This document shows, one piece after another, positions 9,749-22,557 of a stretch of 64,000 bases of DNA (its first letter is position 1; each line of letters opens with the position of its first letter). A model generated the notes under the pieces. It was not told the DNA's origin and did not search any database. It saw nothing but the letters and a program-made list of their open reading frames with translations. The stretch lies in contig CAWGJO010000004.1 of NCBI GenBank assembly GCA_963822945.1, positions 32,001-96,000 of the forward strand. Reading direction: 5' to 3'. Origin of the DNA: an uncultured Gemmatimonadaceae bacterium. GTDB taxonomy: Bacteria > Gemmatimonadota > Gemmatimonadetes > Gemmatimonadales > Gemmatimonadaceae. Made by a program: the position numbers and the translations under genes.

Positions 9749-11050
9749 GTGCCGCCCTCCGCGTTGGAACTCCAGGTGCTCCGCGAGATCGGGCGCCGGC
9801 TGACGCCGGTGCAGGGGCCGCTGGTGCTCGCCGTCTCCGGTGGAGCCGATTCCATGGTCCTGCTCCACGCCGTGAGCCGCCTGGCGCCCGATCGCGTGGC
9901 GGCCGTGGCGACCTTCGACCACGGGACCGGCGAGCCCGCGCGTCAGGCCGTAAAGTTGGTGCGCGCCGAAGGCGGCCGGCTCGGGTTCCCCGTGGTTGCC
10001 GCCGGGGGACGCCCGGTGGGGAGCACCGAAGCCCGGTGGCGCGCCGCCCGCTGGGCGTTTCTGCGCCAGGTGGCCGCCGCGCGCGGCGGCCGCGTGGTCA
10101 CCGCTCACACCCGCGACGATCACATCGAGACGGTGCTCATGCGGGTGCTCCGTGGGAGTGGGGCGCGTGGCCTGGCCGGGCTGCTGTCGGACAGCGACAT
10201 CGTGCGTCCGCTGCTCGCGCTGGACCGCCGGACCATCCGCGCCTGGGCCGCGGAGGCCGGCGTGGCGTTCCAGGACGATCCCACGAACGACTCGCGCAGG
10301 TACCTCCGGAACCGGATCCGGTTGGACCTCCTGCCCGCGCTGCGCCGCGTGCAGCCGGAGATAGACCGGGTGCTGCTCGATCTGTCCCGGCGCGCGGCGG
10401 AGGTTCGGCGCGGGCTCGACGCCGTGGCGCGGGAGATCTCGACCGCCGATCCGCCGGGCTGTCTGGCTGTTGCGACGGCGCAACTCGCCGGGTATTCTCG
10501 GGAATCGCTCGCGTCGCTCTGGCCGGCACTCGCGGCCAGGGTGGGAGTGGTGCTGGACCGAAGGGGAACCGAAAGGCTCGCCGCGTTTACCATAGATGGA
10601 CAGGTCGGGGCGCGGGTGCAGGTGTCCGGCGGGTGGGAGCTCCACCGGGGGCACGACCAGCTGGAACTTCGCCGGCCGCCGCCACCGACAACGGAGGCGA
10701 AGCGGTTGCGGGGGGCGGAGCCGGTCCGGCTCGGGGCGTGGCGGTTCACGCGCGGGAGCGTGCGGGGCGATGATCCCTGGACGGCGGCCCTGCCAGTGGA
10801 CGCGGAGAGCGTGGTGCGGTCGTGGCAGCCCGGTGATCGGATGATTGCGGCAGGCGCGCGGAGTCCGAGACGGGTGAAGCGCTTTCTGAGCGAGGCGCGG
10901 ATCACCGGTCCGCACCGGTCACAGTGGCCGGTGGTGGTGTCGGATGGAGTGGTGGTGTGGATTCCTGGGGTCCGCCGCAGTGATGCGGCAACCGCCCGGC
11001 CCGGTCGGTCGGAAGTATCTTATGAATGTGAATTCGACGCCCGTGGCTGA
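9749..11050 (+). CDS. tilS: tRNA(Ile)-lysidine synthetase
   Basis: AVSGGADS PP-loop, HTRDDHIET, YLRNRIR, C-terminal TilS domain; tilS-hpt-ftsH synteny; start uncertain. Confidence 0.92.
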   Translation: MPPSALELQVLREIGRRLTPVQGPLVLAVSGGADSMVLLHAVSRLAPDRVAAVATFDHGTGEPARQAVKLVRAEGGRLGFPVVAAGGRPVGSTEARWRAARWAFLRQVAAARGGRVVTAHTRDDHIETVLMRVLRGSGARGLAGLLSDSDIVRPLLALDRRTIRAWAAEAGVAFQDDPTNDSRRYLRNRIRLDLLPALRRVQPEIDRVLLDLSRRAAEVRRGLDAVAREISTADPPGCLAVATAQLAGYSRESLASLWPALAARVGVVLDRRGTERLAAFTIDGQVGARVQVSGGWELHRGHDQLELRRPPPPTTEAKRLRGAEPVRLGAWRFTRGSVRGDDPWTAALPVDAESVVRSWQPGDRMIAAGARSPRRVKRFLSEARITGPHRSQWPVVVSDGVVVWIPGVRRSDAATARPGRSEVSYECEFDARG

Positions 11051-11582
11051 CCCGCGCCTGATGGGGCGATCCGTCAAGCGGATCGTGTATACCGAAGCCG
11101 AGATCGCGCAACGCGTGCACGAACTCGGCGAGGAGATCACGGCGGCGTACCCCGACGGCGAGCTGCTCGTGCTCGGCCTGCTCAAGGGAAGCTTTATATT
11201 TCTGAGTGATCTCGTCCGGCAGATCCGGCGATCGCTGCAGGTGGATTTCCTCGTGGCCGCCAGCTACGGGGACGGCACGGTGTCGAGTGGCACGGTGCGC
11301 CTGCTGTACGATCCGGAGACGACGCTGGAAGGGAAGCACATCCTGTTGGTCGAAGACATCGTGGACACGGGGCGCACGCTGCGGCGATTGATGGACCTGC
11401 TGAGCCAGCGGGGACCGAAGTCGCTGGAGATCTGCGCGCTGCTCCACAAACACATCGCCGAAGAACTGCGGCATCCCACGCGGTTCATCGGCTTCGACGC
11501 GCCGAACGAATTCCTCGTGGGGTATGGCTTGGATCACGCGGAAAACTTCCGGCACATCCCGTATATCGCGAGTTTGCAGTAG
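11022..11582 (+). CDS. hpt: hypoxanthine phosphoribosyltransferase
   Basis: LLKGSFIF, LLVEDIVDTGRTL, FLVGYGLD. Confidence 0.95.
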   Translation: MNVNSTPVADPRLMGRSVKRIVYTEAEIAQRVHELGEEITAAYPDGELLVLGLLKGSFIFLSDLVRQIRRSLQVDFLVAASYGDGTVSSGTVRLLYDPETTLEGKHILLVEDIVDTGRTLRRLMDLLSQRGPKSLEICALLHKHIAEELRHPTRFIGFDAPNEFLVGYGLDHAENFRHIPYIASLQ

Positions 11583-13567
<1,985 letters not shown>

Positions 13568-13571
<4 letters not shown>

Positions 13572-14497
13572 CCGGCGTGGGCCTTCCCCCCACGCCCGGC
13601 TCCGGCCGCGCGTGGCGGGTTCGTGGGGCGACGCTCGCCCTCGACGCCCCGCGCCTGCTCGGCATCCTCAACGTCACTCCCGACAGTTTCAGCGACGGGG
13701 GTGACTTCTTCTTGCGCGACGCGGCCGTAGCGCGCGGCGAACGGCTCGCCGCCGAGGGCGCGGACGTGATCGACGTGGGCGGCGAGAGCACACGTCCGCA
13801 GGGCGCCGAGCCGGTGTCCGCCGCCGAGGAGCTGACTCGCGTGCTCCCGGTGGTGCGCGAACTGGCCCGCCGCCTGCCCGACACGCTCATCTCGGTGGAT
13901 ACGGTAAAGGCGGAGGTGGCGCACGCGGCCCTCAGCGAGGGCGCGCACATCGTGAACGACGTCTCGGGGGGACGACTCGACCCCGCCATGCCGGAAACCT
14001 GCGCACGGCACGGCGCCGGATTCGTGCTCATGCATTCGCGTGGGTCGGTGCGCGACATGGCCACCTACGCCCACGCGACGTACGACGACGTGGTGGCCGA
14101 GGTGCTCGCGGAGCTGGAAACCCGGGTGAGCGGGGCGCGCGCCGCGGGCGTCGCGTCGGAGTGCATCGTGCTCGATCCCGGGATCGGTTTCGCCAAGCGA
14201 AGCGCCGATTCGCTCGCCGTGCTGGCGGGCATTCCGCGGTTGGCCGCGGCCGGCTACCCGATCCTCGTCGGCGCGTCGCGCAAGCGGTTCGTGGGGGAGT
14301 TGACCGGGGTGACGACGCCCGCCGAGCGCGTGTTCGGCACGGTGGGCGCGCACGTGGCGGCGCTGATGCGCGGGGCCGCGCTCTTCCGCGTGCACGACGT
14401 GCGCGCGGCCCGCCAGTCGCTCGACGTCGCGTGGGCCGTGCTCGCCGCGGACCGCACTGGCGTGGCACCCCACGCCGCCCAGGGGGTGCCCGCGTGA
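13568..14497 (+). CDS. folP: dihydropteroate synthase
   Basis: GILNVTPDSFSDGG, GGESTRP, LDPGIGF, SRKRF, RVHDV. Confidence 0.95.
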
Positions 14498-15294
14498 CCG
14501 TGCTCGAGGATCTGCGGCTGTTGCACCCCGGATGGCGGGACGTGATCGAGATCCTGATCGTCGCGGTGGTCGTCTACCGCATCCTGCTGCTCTTCCAGCG
14601 CACGCGGGGCGTGCAGATCATGTTCGGCGTGCTGCTGCTGTTCGCGGCGTACGCCGTGGCGTGGCTGCTCAAGCTCGGGATGATCGTCGAGCTGTTGCAG
14701 CTGCTGTTCTCGTACGGTGTGTTCGCCGCGCTCGTGGTGTTCCAGCCCGAATTGCGGGCGGCGCTGGCCCATCTGGGGCGCACGCCGATGGCGCGGTTCC
14801 TTCCGCGCCTCGAAACCACCAGCGCGGCCGATGAGATTGCCGAGGCCGTGGAGCGCCTGAGCCAGGCGCGGCTGGGCGCGATCATCGTGGTCGAACGGAA
14901 GGTGCCGCTGGACGACTACATCGGCACCGGCTCCAAGATGAAGGCGCGGGTGTCGGCCGACCTGCTGGTGACGATCTTCACCCCGCATTCGCCGCTCCAC
15001 GACGGAGCCGTGGTGATCCGCCGCGATTCGATCGTCGGCGCGGCGTGCATTCTGCCGCTCACCCAGCACGCGCTGCAGGACCGCTCGCTGGGGACGCGGC
15101 ATCGGGCGGCGATGGGGATCGCCGACGAGACGGACGCCGTGGTGATCGTGGTTTCCGAGGAAACCGCGCAGATCGCGGTGGCCGTGCAGGGGCGCCTCTG
15201 GCGCGATGTGACGCCGCGCTACGTGCGCGATCGCCTGTCCGGCGTGGCGGTGGAAGACGGGTTCGACGCCGTCGTGCCGGAAGCGGCCGTGTGA
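14494..15294 (+). CDS. cdaA: membrane-bound diadenylate cyclase CdaA
   Basis: Three N-terminal TMs, VFQPELR, catalytic HDGA and GTRHRAA motifs; GTG overlaps the folP stop. Confidence 0.92.
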   Translation: MTVLEDLRLLHPGWRDVIEILIVAVVVYRILLLFQRTRGVQIMFGVLLLFAAYAVAWLLKLGMIVELLQLLFSYGVFAALVVFQPELRAALAHLGRTPMARFLPRLETTSAADEIAEAVERLSQARLGAIIVVERKVPLDDYIGTGSKMKARVSADLLVTIFTPHSPLHDGAVVIRRDSIVGAACILPLTQHALQDRSLGTRHRAAMGIADETDAVVIVVSEETAQIAVAVQGRLWRDVTPRYVRDRLSGVAVEDGFDAVVPEAAV

Positions 15295-17249
15295 CTCCCC
15301 GCCGCGCGGCCGCGTTGGGCGCGGCCGCTCTGCTCGCGGTATACGCCGCGACCCTGGCCCCCGGCGTCACGTTCTGGGACGCCGGGGAGTTCATCGCCGC
15401 GTCGCATTCGCTGGGGATCCCTCATCCGCCGGGGACGCCGCTGTTCGTGCTCGCGCTGCACGTGTGGGCGTTTGTACTCGGGGCGGCGATGCCGTACGCC
15501 ACCGCCACCAATCTGTTCTCGGCCTGCTGCACGGCAGGGGCGGCGGGAATGGCGGGTTGGCTCGTCGCGCGCGCGCGCACGGCCGACGCCGGCGCCACGG
15601 CGTTCGCCGCGGCCCTGGGCGCTGGCGCCATGTCCACCATCTGGCTGAACGCCACGGAGACCGAGGTGTACGCCGCCGCGCTCCTGCTGGCCGTGCTCAC
15701 GCTGGTGGCCGCCGACCGGGCGTCGCGTGAGCGGGGGATGCGCTGGTTGGCGCTCACGGCGTTTCTGGTGGTGCTCGCGGTTCCGGTGCACCTGAGCGCG
15801 CTCGTCGCCACCCCGGCGGCCGTGGTGCTCGCGGCGCAGGGCGAGGAAGGCGTGCACTGGGAACGCGGCCTGCTGCTCGGCAGTGTGTGGCTGCTGGCCA
15901 TCGGCGCCGGGCGGGTGAGTGTGCCGATCATCGGGGCGGCCCTGATCGTGCTGGGGGCGGCGTGCGTCGCGTGGGCGTGGAGCAACGGGGCGCGACGCGG
16001 CGCGGCGGTGGGCGGTGCGTTGCTCGGGGTCTCCGCGGTCGCGCTCTCCGCCGTGCTGTTCATGGTCGTGCGCGCGCGGTTCGATCCGTTCATCAATCAG
16101 GGCAACCCGTCCAACTGGGCGGCGCTGCTCGACGTCGTCGCGCGCCGGCAATATGACGTCGCGCCGCTCTGGCCGCGCCAGGCGCCCGTGTGGCTGCAAC
16201 TGGCGAACGTGGCGCAGTACGCGGACTGGCAGGTGGCGCTCGGCCTCGGACCCACCGTGCTCCCGAGCCTCGGTCGCACGCTGGCCACCGTCGCGTTTCT
16301 CGGGCTCGGCGTCTACGGTGCCGCGCGCCACCGGCTGGACGATGCGCGCACGTGGAGGGCGGTGCTCACGCTCCTCATCTGTGGATCGATCGGCGTTGCG
16401 GCGTACCTGAACCTGAAGGCCGGGCCCTCCATCGGGGCCGGTGTGCTGCCGCCCTCGGCGCCGCACGAAGCCCGCGAGCGCGACTACTTCTTCACCTTCG
16501 CGTTCATGGCGTGGGGCCTGTGGATCGGGTACGGCGTGGTGGCGCTGGCCCGGCGGTGGCGACTTCCCCTGGTGGCCGGCCTCGCCACGGCGGCGCTGCC
16601 CCTGGCCCTGAATTGGCCGGCGGTGTCGCGCCGCGCGCAACCGGAGGCCAAGCTTCCCGCCACCTGGGCCCGGATGCTGCTCGACGCCACGCCGGCGCGC
16701 GGCGTGCTGATTGCGGCGGGCGACAACGATACCTATCCCGTCTGGTATCTGCAGGAGGTGCAGGGATATCGGCGCGACGTGCGCGTGGTGACCCTGCCGT
16801 TGCTGCCCGCGGCCTGGTACCGGGCCGAGCTGCACCGTCGCGGCAACCTGCTGCCGGCCTCGGCGGTAGACGAATGGGACGCCGACGACGTGTCGGCGGC
16901 CATGGAGATCGCACGTCGCGCCGAGGCCGAGGGACGTCCCGTGGCCGTATCGGTGTACGTGGATCGATCGGAGCGCGACGCGATCGGACGGGCGTGGCGC
17001 GCCAACGGGATGACGTTCGTGCTCGACACCGCGGCGGCGGCGGCGGGGCGGGAGGTCATCGAGCCCGACACCGCGTGGGCGGAACGGCTCGCCGGCGTGG
17101 CGCGGCCCGTCGTGGAGCGGGAAGTACGGGCGTCGACGGACCCGGCGGCTGGATTTTTTCAGTCGTTGATGCGGTGCCCGGGATACCTCGTGGCCAGGAC
17201 TCGCGGGGCGGTTTCCCAGTCCCTTGATTCACTATGTAACTTCCGGTAA
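15291..17249 (+). CDS. DUF2723 / TMEM260-like membrane glycosyltransferase (GT-C)
   Basis: WDAGEFIAA..LGIPHPPGTPLF, ETEVYA, RERDYFF, GDNDTYPVWYLQEV; many TMs. Confidence 0.85.
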   Translation: MTPRRAAALGAAALLAVYAATLAPGVTFWDAGEFIAASHSLGIPHPPGTPLFVLALHVWAFVLGAAMPYATATNLFSACCTAGAAGMAGWLVARARTADAGATAFAAALGAGAMSTIWLNATETEVYAAALLLAVLTLVAADRASRERGMRWLALTAFLVVLAVPVHLSALVATPAAVVLAAQGEEGVHWERGLLLGSVWLLAIGAGRVSVPIIGAALIVLGAACVAWAWSNGARRGAAVGGALLGVSAVALSAVLFMVVRARFDPFINQGNPSNWAALLDVVARRQYDVAPLWPRQAPVWLQLANVAQYADWQVALGLGPTVLPSLGRTLATVAFLGLGVYGAARHRLDDARTWRAVLTLLICGSIGVAAYLNLKAGPSIGAGVLPPSAPHEARERDYFFTFAFMAWGLWIGYGVVALARRWRLPLVAGLATAALPLALNWPAVSRRAQPEAKLPATWARMLLDATPARGVLIAAGDNDTYPVWYLQEVQGYRRDVRVVTLPLLPAAWYRAELHRRGNLLPASAVDEWDADDVSAAMEIARRAEAEGRPVAVSVYVDRSERDAIGRAWRANGMTFVLDTAAAAAGREVIEPDTAWAERLAGVARPVVEREVRASTDPAAGFFQSLMRCPGYLVARTRGAVSQSLDSLCNFR

Positions 17250-17252
17250 ATT
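17224..17252 (+). promoter_or_regulatory. sigma70-type promoter, probably leaderless, for the yggS operon
   Basis: TTGATT-N17-TAAATT, then 8 nt to ATG 17261; no SD. Confidence 0.6.
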
Positions 17253-17260
17253 CGTGTGTT

Positions 17261-17950
17261 ATGCCATTTTCGGACCTGCCTGAACGGGTGGCGGAGGTGC
17301 GTGGCCGGATTGCGGCTGCGGCGGCGAGGGGCGGACACGGCCAGACCGTGACGCTGGTGGCGGTCACGAAGACGCGTGGGCCGGAAGCAGTGACCGCGGC
17401 CGTGGAGGCGGGGGTGCCCGACGTGGGCGAGAATCGCGTGCAGGAGGCCCTGCCGAAGATGGACGCGGTGTCGGTGGACGCACGCTGGCACCTGATTGGG
17501 CATTTGCAGCGAAACAAAGTGAAGGCACTGTCGCGGTTCGTGCTGCTGCATTCGTTGGACCGGCCCTCGTTGGCCGAGGCGGTCGACGCGTTGGGACGGT
17601 CGATGAGCCGGACGTTCGACGTGCTGTTGCAGGTGAACGTCTCCGGCGAAGCGAGTAAGGGTGGATACGCACCGGCCGCCTGGGCGGAGGCCGCGGAACG
17701 GTTGCGCGGCATGAGTGGCTTGCGGGTGCGTGGCGTGATGACGATGGCACCGCTCGAAGCGGGCGAGACGACGCTCCGATCGGTGTTCGCCGGGGCCCGG
17801 CGGGCGGGCGAGGTGCTGCGGGCCGCGGGACACGACGCGGGAATGTTGTCGATGGGGATGTCGAACGATTACGAGATCGCGGTGGAGGAGGGCGCCACCT
17901 GCGTTCGCCTGGGAACGGTCCTCTTCGGAGCCAGAGCGCATGATCGATGA
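17261..17950 (+). CDS. yggS: PLP homeostasis protein YggS
   Basis: LVAVTK, GENRVQE, WHLIGHLQRNK, SMGMSNDY, VRLGT. Confidence 0.95.
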   Translation: MPFSDLPERVAEVRGRIAAAAARGGHGQTVTLVAVTKTRGPEAVTAAVEAGVPDVGENRVQEALPKMDAVSVDARWHLIGHLQRNKVKALSRFVLLHSLDRPSLAEAVDALGRSMSRTFDVLLQVNVSGEASKGGYAPAAWAEAAERLRGMSGLRVRGVMTMAPLEAGETTLRSVFAGARRAGEVLRAAGHDAGMLSMGMSNDYEIAVEEGATCVRLGTVLFGARAHDR

Positions 17951-18443
17951 AACCTTTCATCTGACGCCACTCGACGTACGGCGCTACGACTTCGGCCGGG
18001 CGCTGCGCGGGTACGATCCCGAACGCGTCGATCAATTCCGCGAGCAGGTGGCGGAGGAACTGGAGCGGCTGACCCGTCTCAACCAGGAATTGGAAGCCAA
18101 GGCCAAGGGGTTTCACGAACAGCTCCGCGCCTTCCGCGAGCGCGACAAGGCGTTGAACGATGCGCTGGTGTCGGCGCAGCAGCTGCGTTCCGAAATCGCC
18201 GAGCAGGCCGAACGCGAGGGGCAGTTGGTGATCCGCGAGGCGCGGGCCGAAGGCGACCGCCTGCTCGACCAGGCGCGCTCCGATCTCCGCCAGTTGGAGC
18301 ACCAACTGGACAACCTGCAGCGCACCCGACGGGCGTACATCGCTCAGTTCCGCGCGTTGATCGACCGGCAAATGGCCGATCTCTCGGCCGCCCTCGATCC
18401 CAGTGAGGCCGACGAAGCGCCGGGCTCGAACGGGGACGTCTGA
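17940..18443 (+). CDS. divIVA: DivIVA-domain protein
   Basis: LTPLDV..F...LRGYDPERVDQF followed by a long coiled coil. Confidence 0.9.
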   Translation: MIDETFHLTPLDVRRYDFGRALRGYDPERVDQFREQVAEELERLTRLNQELEAKAKGFHEQLRAFRERDKALNDALVSAQQLRSEIAEQAEREGQLVIREARAEGDRLLDQARSDLRQLEHQLDNLQRTRRAYIAQFRALIDRQMADLSAALDPSEADEAPGSNGDV

Positions 18444-18454
18444 CGACCGATCGC

Positions 18455-19303
18455 ATGACGACGCACGCATCGCCGCCCATCGAGCAGCCGCTCGCCGCGC
18501 AGATCCGGGCCGCCGCCGACGTCATCCACGGCCGGTTCCCGAAGCGGCCGCACGCCGCGATCATCCTCGGCACCGGGCTGGGGCGTCTGGCCGAGGAGAT
18601 CGCGCTGGAGGCCGTCATCCCGTATGCGGAGATCCCCGGCTTTCCGGTGCCGACGGTGGAGGCGCACCGCGGACGCCTGCTCTGCGGCACGCTGGCCGGA
18701 AAGACCGTGGTCGCGATGCAGGGACGATTCCACCGCTATGAGGGGTACTCGCTGCAGCAGGTCACGCTGCCGGTTCGGGTGCTGCACGCGCTGGGCGCGC
18801 CGGCACTCGTCGTGTCGAATGCCTGCGGCGGAATGAATCCGGCCTGGGCGCCGGGCGACCTGATGCTGATCACCGACCACATCAACCTGCTCGGCGACAA
18901 CCCGCTGGTCGGGCCGAACGACGACGCGTTGGGGCCGCGATTCCCCGACATGTCGGACCCGTACGATCCTGCGCTGCAGGCACTGGCGCGTGAGGTTGCG
19001 CGCGCCGAGGGGCTGACGCTGCGGGAAGGGGTGTACGTGTCGGTGATGGGGCCGAATCTCGAGACGCGCGCCGAGTACCGGATGCTGCGGCGACTGGGCG
19101 CCGACGCGGTGGGCATGTCCACCGTGCCGGAGGTGATCGTCGCCGTGCACGAGGGTATGCGCGTGCTGGGTCTCTCGATCATCACCGACGACTGCATTCC
19201 CGAAACCTTGACGCCCACCAGCCTGGCCGACGTGATCGCGGTGGCGGGCGCGGCGGAACCCAAACTCGGCCGGCTGGTGCACGGCGTGCTGGAGCAGATG
19301 TGA
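18455..19303 (+). CDS. purine-nucleoside phosphorylase (trimeric family)
   Basis: IILGTGLG, MQGRFHRYEGY, GPNLETRAE, VGMSTVPE. Confidence 0.93.
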   Translation: MTTHASPPIEQPLAAQIRAAADVIHGRFPKRPHAAIILGTGLGRLAEEIALEAVIPYAEIPGFPVPTVEAHRGRLLCGTLAGKTVVAMQGRFHRYEGYSLQQVTLPVRVLHALGAPALVVSNACGGMNPAWAPGDLMLITDHINLLGDNPLVGPNDDALGPRFPDMSDPYDPALQALAREVARAEGLTLREGVYVSVMGPNLETRAEYRMLRRLGADAVGMSTVPEVIVAVHEGMRVLGLSIITDDCIPETLTPTSLADVIAVAGAAEPKLGRLVHGVLEQM

Positions 19304-22300
19304 CGGGCGTTCCCGAAACGGCGCGGTTCGCCATGCTGGCCGCCGATCAGGCGGCGGACGACCTCGAGCGCGAGGTGCTGGCGCGCTGGGAGGCCGAGGA
19401 TCTCTTCGCGCGTACGCTCGCCGTGGCCGAGGGGCGGCCGTCCTTCGTGTTCTTCGAAGGACCGCCCACGGCGAACGGGCGCCCCGGCATCCACCACGTC
19501 TTCTCGCGCACGATCAAGGATCTGTTCTGCCGCCACCGCGCGATGAAGGGATTCCGGGTGGAGCGCAAGGCCGGGTGGGACACGCATGGGCTGCCGGTCG
19601 AGATCGAGGTGGAGAAGAAGCTCGGCATCAGCGGCAAGCAGCAGATCGAGGCGCTGGGGGTGGCCGAGTTCAACCGGCTGAGCCGGGAGAGCGTGTTCAC
19701 CTACCGCGCCGACTGGGAGAAGCTCAGCGCCCGGATCGGGTACTGGCTGGACTACGCGCACCCGTACGTGACCTACCACAACGAGTACGTGGAGAGCGTG
19801 TGGTGGGCGCTGAAGACGCTGCATGGCAAGGGCTACCTGTACCGCGGGCACAAGATTCTGCCCTACTGCCCGCGCTGCGGCACGGCGCTGTCGAGTCACG
19901 AGGTGGCCCAGGGGTACGAGGACGTGGACGACCCGAGCGTGTACGTGGCGCTGGACCTGGTCGCCGACGAGGCGGCACCGGCCGGCGGCGGCCGCCGCAT
20001 GCTCGTCTGGACCACCACGCCGTGGACGCTGGTGTCGAACACTGCGCTCGCCGTGCATCCCGACCTCGCGTACATCGAACTCGTGCGCCAGGAGGGCGAC
20101 GACCGGCGCTCGGTGATTCTGGCGGAGTCGCGGGTCAAGGCGGTGCTGGGTGAGGACTTCGCCACGCGATGGAAGCTCGTGCGGTTGCTGCGCGGCGCCG
20201 AACTGGTGGGGCTGCGCTACCGCCGTCCGATCGACTGGCTGCCCTATCCGCCGGGCGAGCATGAAGTGATCGTGGGCGAGGAATTCGTGTCGGCGGATGA
20301 CGGCACCGGCGTGGTGCACATGTCGCCGGCGTTCGGCGCCGACGACTACGCGGCCGGGCAGCGCCACGGGCTCGCGTTCCTCCAGCCGGTCAACGCGCAG
20401 GGCGAGTTCCCGGCCGAGCTTCCGCTCGTCGGCGGGAAGTTCGTGAAGGACGCCGATCCGCTGCTCATCGAGGAATTGAAGCGCCGCGGCGTGCTGTGGA
20501 AGGCGGGCAAGATCACGCACGCCTATCCGCACTGCTGGCGGTGCGGCACCCCGCTGCTGTACTACGCCCGGACGTCGTGGTTCGTGAAGACCACGGCCTA
20601 TCGCGACCAGATGCTGGCGCGCAACGCCCGCGTCGATTGGCATCCGCCCGAGGTGGGGGAGGGGCGGTTCGGCGAGTGGCTCAAACAACATCGACTGGGC
20701 GATCTCGCGCGACCGGTACTGGGGCACGCCGCTGCCCGTCTGGGTGTGCGACGACGACGATTCGCACATCGACGTCGTGGGCGGCTTCGCCGAGTCTGGC
20801 GGAGCGCTCCGGCGCCGCGCTGCCCGGCGACTTCGACCCGCACAAGCCCCACGTGGACGGCTACGGCCTGGGCGTGCCGGCAGCCCGGCTGCACCGGCAC
20901 CATGCACCGTGTGCCGGAAGTGATCGATACGTGGTTCGACTCGGGCTCGATGTCGTTCGCCCAGTGGGGCTACCCGCACCGCCCTGGCAGCCGGGAGGCG
21001 TTGGCGCGGCAGTTTCCGGCCGACTTCATCGCCGAGGGCGTCGACCAGACGCGCGGATGGTTCTACTCGCTGCTCGCCATCGCCACCGGTCTCGACGACG
21101 CACTCCCTGAACAATGCGGGCGCCTCGACGCGAGTCCCCGGCGCCACGCCGGCGCCGTACGGCCACGTCGTGGTCAACGACCTCGTGCTCGACGCCGACG
21201 GCCAGAAGATGTCGAAGAGCAAGGGGAACGTGGTCGACCCGTGGTCGGTGATCGCCGAATACGGCGCCGACGCGGTGCGCCTGTTCCTCGTGGCGTCGTC
21301 GACGATCTCGGTGCCGCGCAAGTTCGACGAGCGCGCCATCCGCGAGCAGGCGGTGCGGTTCCTGCTCACGCTCAGGAACGTCTACAGCGGCATGTTCGCG
21401 CAGTACGCCAATACGGGTGGGAGCCGTCGCGGGCCGACCCGCCCCTCGCCGCGCGGCCGCCCCTGGACCAGTGGATGCTGTCGCGGCTGGCCGAATTGGA
21501 GCAGCAGGTGGACGGCGCGCTCGAGCGCGACCACGCAACGGCCGCCGCCCGGCTGCTCATCCGGTTCGTGGACGACGATCTGGCCAACTGGTACGTGCGG
21601 TTGAGCCGCGCCCGATTCTACGACGTGGACGGCGAGGACAACCGCGCCGCGTTCGCCACGCTGCACGATGTCCTCGTCACCACCTGCCGGCTGCTGGCAC
21701 CACTGGCCCCGTTCCTGAGCGACTGGATGCACCGCGAGCTGACCGGCGGGTCGGTGCACCTGGCGCCCTACGTGCGGGCCGAGCCGGCCCCTCGTGATCA
21801 GGACCTGGAACGCGCCATGAGCGCGGTGCGGATGCTGGCCAAGCTCGGCCGTGCGGCTCGCGAGGCGGCCGGGATCAAGGTGCGGCAGCGCTGACGCGGA
21901 TGGTCTGTGTGGCGCCGGACGTCCCCGATGCGGCGTTGGCGCCGCTGGTGCCGTTGCTGGCCAACGAACTGAACGTCAAACGAGTAGACTTCGCGCGCAC
22001 CGGCGACGCGCTGGTCACGTTGGAGGCGAAGCCGAACTTCCGCAGCCTGGGCAAGAAGTTCGGCAAGCAGACGCCGCTGGCGGCGCAGGCGATTCAGGCG
22101 TTCACGAACGACGCGTTGCGCGATTTTCTGGCGGGCCCGCCGCTGGCGGTGTCGGCCGGCGGGGAGTCGCACCAGTTGGAGGTCGAGGACGTCACGATCG
22201 TGCGACGTGCCTCGGGCGATCTTGTGGTGCAGGAGGAAGCCGGTTTCTTTGCGGCGCTCGACCCGTCCGTTCCGCCGGCCCTCCGGCTGGAGGGGCTGGC

Positions 22301-22556
22301 CCGGGAACTGGTGAGCCGCATCCAGCGGCTGCGGAAGGAGTCGGGGCTTGCGGTGAGCGATCGCATTGTCTTGTATGTCGGCGGCGATGCGGAGGTCCGG
22401 GCCGCGGTCCAGGCGCACAGTGGGTGGATTGGCAGTGAGGTGCTGGCGACGCGTGTGGTGTGGCGCGACGACGGCGTGACCGACGATCAGGCGACGATGC
22501 CGACCGTGGAAATCGACGAGACCACGGCACGGATCGCCATAACCAAGGCGGAGTAG
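19300..22556 (+). CDS. ileS: isoleucine--tRNA ligase, type 2 (IleRS2); reading frame broken several times between ~20680 and ~21890
   Basis: [69 protein letters not shown] (other frame), [16 protein letters not shown]. Confidence 0.93.
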
Positions 22557-22557
22557 C

